DNA of 64,000 bases from Candidatus Danuiimicrobium aquiferis (GTDB lineage Bacteria; Omnitrophota; Omnitrophia; Omnitrophales; Danuiimicrobiaceae). The notes beneath the pieces are model-generated. The model was not told the origin of the DNA and did not search any database. It worked only from the letters and a program-made list of their open reading frames with translations. This document shows, piece after piece, positions 42,401 through 54,400 of this stretch. Every line of letters starts with the position of its first letter. Position 1 is the first letter of the stretch. A program made the translations under genes and the position numbers. The DNA is taken from NCBI GenBank assembly GCA_001804285.1, contig MHFR01000068.1:103230-167229 (forward strand), read 5' to 3'.

Positions 42401-45400
42401 ACCGCAGAAGATATGCAAGCCTTCGTCCATTTCTTTTTCGAACGATTTTATCGATTTCAGAAGTATAAGGGTATGGAAAATATTGTTGATCCGGAAAACG
42501 GCATCCTGCTGGTCAAGACTATAGACGAGTTGAAATTGCATAAACAGGATATTTTGACAGCGATACAAAATAAGAATCGCGCAGTATATGGCAATATGCT
42601 TTTTTGGGAAGGACTATTCCGAACATTTGCTGTAAACGGTCCTGGTTTTTATGATGCGTTTACACCTGACGAATGGAAAACCGTTCTCAATCATGTTTTT
42701 GATGTGTTGGAGGGGAAAGTGCATTATCGGCATTTTCGCCAGCGTTATTTTGAAGAGAGGAAAGCACTCAATGTTATTGATTATTTTCTGTGGGGTAATT
42801 TATCGAGCTTGCACCGATTGCATCTTTATTTTGAGGGTGTTGGGACGGTGAAAGGCGATTTTCAGAAAGTATCCATTCTCTATCTAATGATGGCTGATAG
42901 TCCGTGGGGGTATGTTTTCCCAAGTGCGGATCATTTTACCGTATTAGATCCCGATCGTTCGGGTCTATATCTATCATTTTTTGAAGATCCGTCGATTGCG
43001 GTGGGGATTCCGGAAAATCCTTGGGCAAAATCCAATTCTAAGGGGGGGCTTCCTACTGCAAAAGCACCGCGTGTTGCCGTAAACGTTTCACCGGAAATTC
43101 GGAGTTTAATGGTTGAAACGATTGAGCGCCTTGTCAAAACAAAAACAGGGGATCAAGATGTTCAGTCTTTTATTTATTCCAGAAACCTTTGGTTTAATGG
43201 ACACAATACTGCCGATTTTTTGAAATCAGATCTGTTAAAGCAGGCTGCTCCGGTGAGGCCGAAACCGCTCAGCACAAAACCTTACACAACAACCAAGCCG
43301 GCAGAACGATCCGGAAACGTTCAGAGCCAGGGGCGGGCTGAAGTGCGCAATGTCACGCCAAAAACGGGGACAGGTTCTGTATCAGTGAAACCAGAACCTG
43401 TCCCCGTTCTGGCGAGGGCTGAAACTCGCGACGAAGCGTTGGGAGGGCGAGTGAGCGTGAAGGAAGAAGATGTCTTTAAAGGATCGAAACTTCTTAAATG
43501 GCTTGGTGCCGCGTTTTGGGGGTTGGGTTGTGCGGCGTTTCTTTATGGCGCATACGGCGTTATTTCGCTTTCGGATCTTTTTGTTTCCTACTTGCCGGTG
43601 CTTCTTGAGGGCTGGCTTATTATTGGAACTGCCGTGCTTGTCAGCCATTACAAAAATCAGTTGCAATATTGGACGCGGCTTTCATTGATGACCGGTGCAA
43701 CCGTGTCCGTTTTCTTGCTCTTTCACAAACTCGCCGCTTACTACTGGCCGGTGTTTGGTTTGAATCCCGACATAAAGCTGTCAACAAGCATGATCGTCCG
43801 CTTGCCATCTATCTTTTGCGGAGTTTTTATCAACGAGTTGATTCGGGTAAAAAGATTTTTTAATTTCGAATTCAAATTAGGCTGGGAAGAAGCGAAGCCC
43901 CATTTTATCAAGGCATTTAAATGGGCGATTTCTTACGGAGCGATTACGGGATATTATTTTTATGTTGTTTTGTACGGCTTTATCGGACCGTATATTCCAC
44001 AGGCGAATTATTTTCCGATGATGACACCTGATATGGGGACGGCGATGATGAAAATGTTTTTTGACCTCGCGGTGACGACGCCCCTTGTCAATATTTGGAC
44101 CGTAAGTGCGGTTAGTGTGGCCTTCGGAGAAGAGGTGGATGTTGCCCAAAATTGGAGAAACCAGCTGGAGGGTTTTCTGTTATTTTATCCTTTAACATCT
44201 CTTTATTGGATGGTCGCGCTTTCTATATCATGGTTTCTCTTCCCGGATGGCCTGGATGGTTTTCAGGCCTCTCATGCGCTTTTTTCCACTCTTTGGCAGA
44301 TAGCATTGCCGGTATTTATTGTTAAGTTTTATATCGGAAACGGAAAACGCGGCAAGTTGACCGGTCAAAAGCCTGCTCCGGTTCCTCATCTCATATGGGA
44401 AAACCAATCGGTTTCCGCAATATCCCGCAGAGTGGACGTGCGTCCCAAGAACGCAAACACAGGAATTACGGTAAACCGCAGCCATCTTCGTGCTTTGGCA
44501 ATCAATATGGTATTTGCCGGAGGAGCTGTGGCGGATAAAGCGGCTCAATGGGCGCTGAGTAAAACATTGCCTGTAGCGGCGAAATTGCTTTGGCCCGGAA
44601 AACCGCGGCGATCAAAGACGTCAGACCGTTCCGAAGTTCGCAACAATGAAAATAATGCCAAAACGATTGTTGATCGAGGCGAACAAGAGTCCTCGATACG
44701 TAGAGGGCTTGTATCGAGGGCCGAAGCGCGGCAGGAGGAATATGAAGTCGCGAGTCAACCGGCGGCTCCACATATCAGGAATTTGAAGCAAGTAGTCACT
44801 GATGTTCAAACAGCGGTTTCCGAACTCAATATTCGCGGCCTGGAGGTTTTTGTTTTCGGTTCGCGGGCAAATGGGAAACCAAGGGATGGTAGCGACTTGG
44901 ATTTGATCGTTTTAGTTTCCGAGACCATGGATCAGGCTGCTGCCATGGCGATTATTTGGCAAAATGATGAAATTGAAAAACGACTTTCAGAAAAGCTTAA
45001 AACAAAAAGAGATTACCGTGTGCAATTTCACGATATTAATCCGGCAACCCGGCGGCACTATTTTTATTTGTGGAAGACTCGACAGTTTTTTAAAAAAAAT
45101 ACCTATCTTTGGTTTGTTCAGGCAAATTCAATTCAAGGGTTTGAATTGCATGCAGATGGAGTTGTTCCGGTGGATCTTGATCGACTGGAAAGTTTAACGC
45201 CGCTGCCGATCAATCTTGCGAACGATATAGCAGGCTTATCTCCTGAACAATCTCGGAGTGAAACGCGGCAAATGGGATTCGCAGAAGAGGACGAGGAAGA
45301 CTCTGACGATGACTTCATGCTCGATGGTGAAGACCTGGATATAATGCCTGGCGAATTTTCAGTGAAGCCCCAACCGCCTTCCGGGGCTGCCAATCAATTG

Positions 45401-48400
45401 AGTGGCGGCAAAGAAGAAAAAAATAAGGGAAAAAGATTTCCAGCGGCGCGTCCTGATGATTATCCCTCTCCGGTTCGATCCATCATTTCCAGTGGACTTA
45501 AAATTGACGAGGACACCTCGCTTCCTTCTGCCCGACGGTCCGAAGTTCGCCTCAAAAAAGATAGTACAGAAGCGATGCTTCATCAAGGCGCACGAGTGTC
45601 CTCGATACATCCCAAGGGGCCTGTATCGAGATCCGAAGCGCGCAACATTTTACAAAAAGGGGACAGGCATATGACTCCTATTGAACAATTGCCTGTCCCC
45701 TTTTTGACTGACCAAAGCGAACGAGAGTCCTCGCAGTTGCGGCGAGGGCCAAAGGATGCCGCTGCGAGGGCCGAAGTTCGGTCGGATTTCAACAACGCGA
45801 CAGATGAACAAATCATGACTGCGCTAAAACAAATCGGGTTATCCGAGCGGCAAACCCGGAACCTTTCCACTTATCTTTCGAAAATCAAACGCGTTTTGGC
45901 ATCGGGCCGGCGGTTTCGATCGCATGAAGAACTCCGCGTATTCATGGCGGGTGTTTTGGGGGTGCCTGAATTGGCGGCGAAATTCGCAGATCATTTCTTT
46001 GAAAAGTCTGCTTCTCAGCCTGCGGCAAAGCCCAACAAAGCTCCTTCAAAATCATTTCAATTTAATAGAACAGTTGAACAGGTGATCGGCAAGATGCCTT
46101 TTAGCGTGAATGTTTTGTCAGGTCCGAACAGGAAAAAACTTTATGACGGAAAATACGTTCCCAATGTTGTTCAGGTTGCCAGCCTTGGCGTGAGAGAAAG
46201 AATAGCAGCAAGGCACATCGTCTATTCTAAATTTCTTGATGTGTTGGAAGAGTATACACACCTGACAGAAGCAGAATTGCTTCATATGGGTTTTGTCTAC
46301 AGGCAGGGACCTTCATCTTTATATCTTTCAGAAGTGGTTCGTCCTATTCTCCAATCAACCGGAGCAAGTCATGAAGCGCAATCGGCTTTGGCTCCGGCTA
46401 TTCTGGAAATTGCCAAAAGCATGCGCGAAGCCAAAGCGCTCAGCGGGGATGAAGTGCTTAAAGCCATTTTTTCTAATTTGGGTGGGATCGATGGACAATT
46501 CAGCCAGCTCATCGCCTATTTGAACCACATTCAATTTAACAAAGGGAAAAATCCGCGGCTGAAAGTGCCGGATGAGAAAGTACAAGAAATAAAATCCATT
46601 GGTGAAGTGGAAGAGATAACGATTTGGTTTGTTAAAGCCGGGTTCCTTACGAGTGTCGCAATGGCAGAAGTTAAATTCAAAAGTAGTACAAATCGAGCGC
46701 CCATTCGTTTTGCGATTAATGTCGCTAACGATAGAACGATTTCCGCGGAGAAAGTGAGGAATGCATATCGTCATATGCGAGCTGATTATGATTTAGATTC
46801 CCGGTTTGTTGCTGAACCGATTGGGTTGGGAACCGAGATTGCGCCGGTGATCATCAGTGAGTGGGTCGAACAGAGTGACGAACTTCATTTGTATGCGGAT
46901 ACCGGATTTCAGCAATTCCAGGTTTGGAGCGGCCAAAATATGCACAACAACCAAAAAGTTTCGCTTCAGGACTCCCGGAAAATTTGGCGACAAATTATTC
47001 AGATACAAACGATGTATTCCGGGGTGAGGCCTGACGGTGCCGGGATGTCACGGCCATGGATCAATCGCGGGGATTTTGTGCTGACGCGTGATTCGCAAGG
47101 GGAACCGCGTGTTGTATTAATTTGGGATGACAGAAGTAATCTTGTTACGGGACAGAAGATTCCGTGGGACGCTATTGATAGCGTTGTCAACAGTTTGATT
47201 TGGGGGGAAGTTGACCCGGACAGCGGAAAATATATTTGGGCAGATGATCCGGAATTAGCGATTCGAGCGATTGAAGACGGGTATTTAGAGCATAGGCAAG
47301 ATAAGATGGAGGCGAAAGCTGAACTGATCGAAATTCTTAAGATGGTCTATAGAAATAGACTTCCTGAAATTATTAGGCAGCCTTCTGTCATTTCGGCGGG
47401 TTTTGATGATTTTGATCCTGCTGAACTGGATCATTTTATTTCTGTCGCTAAGCATGCACACAAAGTGCTGGGCGAATTTTTGCAGCAACGTTCTGAAGTT
47501 CGGGAAGAATCTTTTGCGGTTGACGGTGAAAAAGACCTCACCATTGAAGAAATCGATGCGCAAATGAAGACGGACGGCTTTCCGGAAATGGAATGGTTAT
47601 GGAAGACATTCAAAGGGATGAAAATATGGAAGGGCGTAAAACTCCGGCGTATCAACTTAGCCGATATTGATCCCGGAAAAATTCAAGAGATGCGCACCAG
47701 GCATATGGGCGGTTTATTGGCGCGTCCTTTGGTCATGGCTTTGATGTCGGTTTCCATTATGTGTATTGCACTGTCCGTTTTTATGCTTTCCGTTTCTGCT
47801 CTGCAAGATGTCATGCTTTCGCTGCAGGGCTATCCTGTGGGTGATTGGCATAGTTTCTGGAAGAATAATGTCGAACCGATTTTTCGGATGTTTCGCAATC
47901 CGCTGATATGGATGGCGCTTTTATTTTCAACGCCGGTGGTTTTTTTGCCGGCAACGGCAATCAAGCGGGCGTTTCTGCTGTCCTGGAAGAAAATTTCCGC
48001 ATTGGACCTTGCGTTTATGTTAAGCAAACGGAATTACCGGGAATGGTTCGAGCAGACGCCGGGGGCGCAACAAACGGTCGCCAAACTTCGCGGCATGGGA
48101 ATCAATGAAAACTTTGATAATCCTGATTATGCTCGCCGCTATCGCGCCACGACCAAAGGTGTTGTGGAAGTGCCGATTCCTGCTGTCCCCAACGTTCATG
48201 CCGTTCTGAAGGAGGTACTCGGGGAAGTGCGTGATGGAAAATACGAGCGGGGCAACTACACGACCAGTCTAAAACACGGAAGGAAATCCGTGACGGCTTT
48301 TGTCGCGCAGAATAAAAGGGAGGTTGAGCTCAGCAAGCCGCCGAGGCCCAGGTATGCGTGGCCTATCCCTACGTTCATCGGCTTGCTCATGGGTTTTTAT

Positions 48401-51400
48401 TCGATCGTTTATTTCCCGAGGACGCCTATGTGGGGTCTTTATTTGGTCGTGATGTCCATTATAGCGCCCGGAATATATTTTGTAAGTACTGCGCTTAACA
48501 TTGCTCCCGGAATTTTATATTACAAAAGAACGCGAACCTACTTGTCTCAAATCATTGCGGGAAACCGCCCCAAGTCTGGAATTGAAATTAACATGGAACA
48601 ATTGGGGATTAATGTTCTGGAATATGAAAAAGAAAAAGTGTATGAAAATCGCGAAGCAGGGACGCGAATTGTTATCAGAAATAAGAAGACATTGGAAGGA
48701 GCCGTTAAATTTTTAACTTCGAGTGAGGATATCGGCAACTGTATTGCGCTTCATAATTTTGTGTCATGGGTCCTTCCGACTTTACTTGATGATGATGGCA
48801 TTCAACTGGCCGACATCTATTTCAAAGGGACGCACGATGTTTATACTCATCGGGCCCAAATGTGGATGGTCGCGGCGCAGGAAAATGGGGTTCCCGTATT
48901 AACGGTGAATAGTTTTGAATTCAATAATGACGGTTCCACACACATTAACCGCTTAATGCCGGAAGCGATTAAGGCGTTACAAGATGTTGCGGTAAGGACA
49001 GGGTTCAAGAAGCACATTTATGTGGGAATTTCAGAATTTGGGCGCGAATATCTGGATAGTCATTTTCCCCAGGGCAAAACACAGAATGACATTGAAAAGA
49101 TTCATCATCCTGACGCCGGCTACAGATACTATTTCGATTCCTATGCGTTGAGGGGATTTCCTTGGGGCCATAGGCGATATGTGTTTTTGAAAGAGAGAAG
49201 TCTGACTAAACGAATTTACGCGGTTATCTTTGGCATCATTGAGGTGTTTAAAGGAAATTTTTCAAAGGCCAAAGCATTTATTAGCAGCGCAAAAAACGTT
49301 CATAATTTCTGGGAAATTCCGGTGGAGAATGCTGGCCAAGCCATTAAAGAAACTGAAGAGGCTCGTTCTGAAGTGAGAACGCAAAGGCTGCTGGATGATA
49401 TTGGCCAGAATTCCGGAGATATTGTTCAGCGTTTGCATGACAGCCAGATCAGATATTTGGAGAAACAGGGTGTTGAAAAAAATTTTCTTGAAAGAGTCTC
49501 AAGGCTGCCGGTCGATGAATTGTTTTCCGAAGCAATTAATTATTTATTGGCGAGGGAAATCAAAAAAACAGGGGTCCGGCTCCTTCCTCAAGCCGAAGAA
49601 ATAGTTGATTTCATTTTACGGCAGAATCTTCCCGTGTTGATGATGACAGGGACACCGCATGACTATGTGAATTTGAGAATTGCCCATCATCCTCTTGCTA
49701 AGCGGATAGCCGAAAGTGCGGGGATTTGGGGCGCTCATGAAGACGAAATTCGTATGGGTTATCCCGGTAATAAACTTGGCGGCATACGGGCCTTATCCAG
49801 GGATCCGAAATACGGGGCGGGAAGAATTCTGAGTATCGGTGACGGCGAAGCGGAGAAACAGGCGGCAAGCAAGACAGGGAATCCGTTCGTTTTGATTGAT
49901 CCTTTGGTGCAGGAAAATATGACCGCGGTGCTTCCCGAAAAACCCATGATCGTTCACGATCTCGCCCGGTGGCGCGAATGGCTTCCAAATTTATTGGAAA
50001 AGCAGAATATTAAAATTGTGGTTTTTGATTGGGATGGAACATTGTCTGACAGTCAGTCGGCCGTTGAAGAAGTTCAGACAAGGCTTCTTTACGGGATATG
50101 GAAAGGTTTCAATGATGAAGCTTTAGAAGAACCCGAAATCATAGCAGAACTTTATGAAACATCTTTTGGGAGAGAAGCTCTGCGGATGATGCAAAGTATC
50201 CGCGGACTTTCAGCGCAACGAAGTTTCAGCGAATATTTTATGCCGTTGCTGATCAAACCCGCCCGTGCCGAGGTTCGGGAAAATGAAAATGAGTTACCTG
50301 AGGTGCCTGAACCGCCATTAGAGTTGGAATTAACGGGGAGTGCTTCGGTTTCCGATGAGACAGTGATTCTTCCTCCTGATGTGACTTCTTCACAAGGTGA
50401 ACAGCCGGAAGATGTAAAATCGGCGGAAGATCAGGTCCGGTTTGAAGACGAGGTTATCGAACCGGATGGCCAGATAGATACTGAAAAGTTAAATATTCAC
50501 ACTGCGATCTACGAACCAACCGGGAGTGGCTTACTTGATGAAGTTGATGAACAACGGGAATCAGTGGCGCCCGGAAATAATGATACGGTGGTGTTGGCAA
50601 GCCCTGTTTTGGATTTGTCGGGCGATTTGCCTGCGACATCGTTGAATATTGAAAATTTTATTAAAGCAGATCTTAAGCTGGGGATGCTTTCCGACAATTT
50701 AAAACAGTATGAAATTAGACATCATCAATCGGATTGGCTGATTGAACATGAGATTCGTGTGGCGGTGCTTGTGTTTCAACTCGGCAAACAATTGAAATGG
50801 GATCCGGACGAGTTAAGAGAACTTGTTTTTGCCGCGAGATTTCATGACATCGGAAAAACCGATTCGTCTATCAATCCGCTTATTGTTAATAAACCGGAAG
50901 CATTGACGCCATCTGAGAGAGACTTGATGCGTCGGCATCCGCTTTATGGCGCCAGGATTCTGGAAGAAGCCGGTGTCGATTCCAAACAGATTTTAGATGC
51001 GATGTATATGCATCACGAGGCGCTCGACGGAACGGGTTATCCGAGCCAGCTTAAAGGAGATTTGATTGATCGGGGCGGAAGAATTCTAAAAATCGCAGAT
51101 TCATTTGACGCAATGGCATTTGCCCGCCCTTATTCACAGCCGAAATCGCTCGAAACCATTTTGAAGGAATTAGAATCCGACCGCGGTTCACATTTCGATC
51201 CGGATTTGGTTAGGGAATTTGTGAAATTGGAAACTTTCCCCGCAGGTGGACGTGCCGAAGTACGTGACATGACGCCCAAAACTGGGACAGGCAATCGTTT
51301 CCTTTTCATTGGATTGTCAGACCAAAAAGGGGACAGGCATATGACTCCTGTTGAGCAATTGCCTGTCCCCTTTTTGACTGCCAAAGAGCTTGTATCAAGG

Positions 51401-54400
51401 TCTGAAGCGCGGCAGGACCATGTTGCAGATGAAATAAGGGCTGAGTTCCAAACTATCGTAGCTGTCGCGAAAGGGAAACCGAAAAGAATCAAAGGATTGA
51501 GTTCTATTGTTGATTTTGAAAGCGGACGGCTCAGGGCCAATTTCCCGAGGCCAATCGGTGATACCGTTGGAAAGACGAAAACGATCGGCCCCGTCAAAAA
51601 CCTTGCTGATTTGGAACTTGAAATTTTCAACCTTGCGACCGGCGAATTCCGGATGGATTTCTATTATAAGAAAACCGGTGAGAAGAAATTTGAGAAGGAT
51701 CCTTTGAGGATGTATTGGGTTCCTGAAAAGAAAGCGTTTCTTGTTGAGCGTGAATATCAGCTGGAAAGAGTCAACGCGGCTTTCCGCCGGCTGCGCGAAA
51801 CGAAACAAAAGGGTACTGAAGAAATCAGAGAAACAATAGGTGACATTAGCGCGTTTATGAATTTACAGGTTGGTGGCACTCCGGAAGCATTTCAGACGCC
51901 GGATGGCGAGTCCGTGGAAAAACCATTTTTTACCGGTGCGGGTGTCGATCTCGACAGGATGTCGCTTGTGATTGTCAAGGAATCGCAGGACCGCTATCGG
52001 TTGGAATTTGGTTATGTGTATACGGTTGAGGATGAAGAAAGCCATGAAAAAATAAAAAAAGAGGGTATTGCGGTTGTCTTATGGGAACGAAACAAGAAAG
52101 CAGATGATTATAAAGGCTACATCCGCCGAAAAGATAAACAAATTGAAGAACTTCGGAATGCGTTCAAAGAATTATTAAATCCCGCATTGCCGGTTGGTTC
52201 TGCCCGCGATATAGAGGATGTGCGGGAGCTTTTTCACTTGCCGACGGGCCTCATGCAGATCGCTTTCCCGACACCCGACGGAGGAAATATTGGTGGCGGA
52301 AAATCTGAAGAGGAAGGCAGGAGAGGCATCGGGGCGTCTGCGGACCTGGAATTTATTTCGGCGCGTGTTGTTAAAACGGCCGATGAACAGCTGCGGGTTG
52401 ATTTTTATTATAAGACTCGGAAAGACAAAATTATCCGCGAGGAACCGGCAAGCATTGCTTGGGACGGACTCAGTTACATATTCCCATCGGATGACATGGG
52501 GTTGACGGACAAGGAATTTCGCATGCGTGTTCTCAAAGGGCGTATTCTCGAAGAACTTTTATATCGATTTTTTGCGAAAAAGCAGAGCGACACAATGTCA
52601 TCCTCCGGCTTGACCGGAGGATCCATGGATTCCCGCTTGCGCGGGAATGACAGAGGATCGCGGATAGAATTCGAAAGAGAGTTTCTTGTAGATGAGTTTA
52701 CGAAAGAGTACCGTTACCCGACTTTTTTTGTGGAAGGTGAGTTTGTCGGCGCCTGCAAATGGGGTCGCAGCGCACATAGCATTGTTGAGACGGTCCTGAA
52801 ATTATCCCGGCTCCAGAAGTTGAGCGGGCGCACGGAGCCCATTCGGTTGATTGTGTTTGATGCCGCGAAAGTGGACGAAGCCATGGAGGCGCTCAGAGCT
52901 ACGCAAATCAACGGAATTCCGTACGAAATTATTCCTGCCAGTGAGTTGCTGAAACGGACCGGCCCGCCGAATGGCGATGCTGTTTCGATGCTCGAGACAT
53001 TAAAGGATGTCCGTCAGAAAGAGCTTGCAGGCGATGAAACAGGTCTTGAGAAAATGTATGCGTCGTTACGTGAAGAAAGTGGTGCTCCGGTCCGCCGTTA
53101 CAAAAAAGGGCTTCAACTTCAGCATGAGGCCGACTGGCAAAGTCATTTGATCAATCATTATATCGAGGAAGGGCCGGAGAAAATTCTTTCTGTGCTTGAT
53201 TCCATTCAAGAACATCAGTCCCCATACTGGGAATGGGCCTACCATTTGCGCTTAATTGCGTTTCTTTCTTATTTGTATCAAAAAGTTGAAGACGGCCGCG
53301 TGAGAAAGCGGATTCTGGAAATTTATCCTGATATTGAAAAAGATCCCGGCGCATGGCAGAAGATCGTTCAATATTACAAACTGCGGGAATATGGCCCCGA
53401 CGCCGAGGCGCGGATTCATGCGCTTATTCGGACGCAAGAACTCGATGAGAGTGAAGACATAGAAGAGGCTGAAGAAGTTCCGGCGCCCGCGGCCGAAAGA
53501 AAATCGCGGATGACTCATGCGGCTGCGTTTGATTTTGGAAGGTTTGAAGTGACCGTTGATCGAACGATCAGCCGGCAGATGAAGCGGCACCACATCACTG
53601 ATTTAGATAAGGCCGTTCCGGCGGTCGATATGGCAGTCACGCCGGATGTCAAGGCTGCCACACTTTTGGAGACCATTGCCGAATTCCGGAAGTTATTTGC
53701 AAGAGTGACCGACCCTTACGACCCCTTCCAGCGGATGAGCCTCTTTTTGTCGCAAAAGAAGGAAGACCTCAAAGATATTCCGGCGGCCGAGAGGCATGCT
53801 TTGTTACGGCAAGTTGTGCAGGCGTTTGTCATGTATTTTATCGATGTGAAGCGGTTTAATGACAGCCGGTATAAATTTTTTACGGGATATAAAGGCGGTT
53901 TGGGGAATGTCGGATTCGGGGACTTCTTACGGTCTCTTGATGCCACCGGCAATCTTATTTTGGTCGAAGATGATTTTGGGCCCGGCGTGAGCGGCTCTCG
54001 TTTGTTAAACGAATTCGAAACCTTTGCCAAAACGCTTGGTATCCCAGTCCCTCGTCTAAGTTTCGATCCGCATGCAGCTGCAGCTTCGGGAAATGTTCCG
54101 ATTCCGGCAGCTGTTTTCTTTGCTGATGAAATTATCCGGAGAGCCGATCGCGGCAAACTTGTAAGAACACCGGAGGATCGAAGGGTGATCCTCGATTTTA
54201 TCGGGGCGATTAAAAGCGATCAACAGCGAGTGGTTAAACTTGCGGCGGCGGCAAAAGGCGGAGTCAATACGAATCAAGTCGGTTTTAATGAAGCGGTGGT
54301 CAAAGATCTCCACGATCAAGTAAAACGGACAGGACCTCAAAGTTTTCCCGAGAAGTTGGAAGAGAGAATCGTAAAGTTTGCTCAAGGGATTATTCAAATA

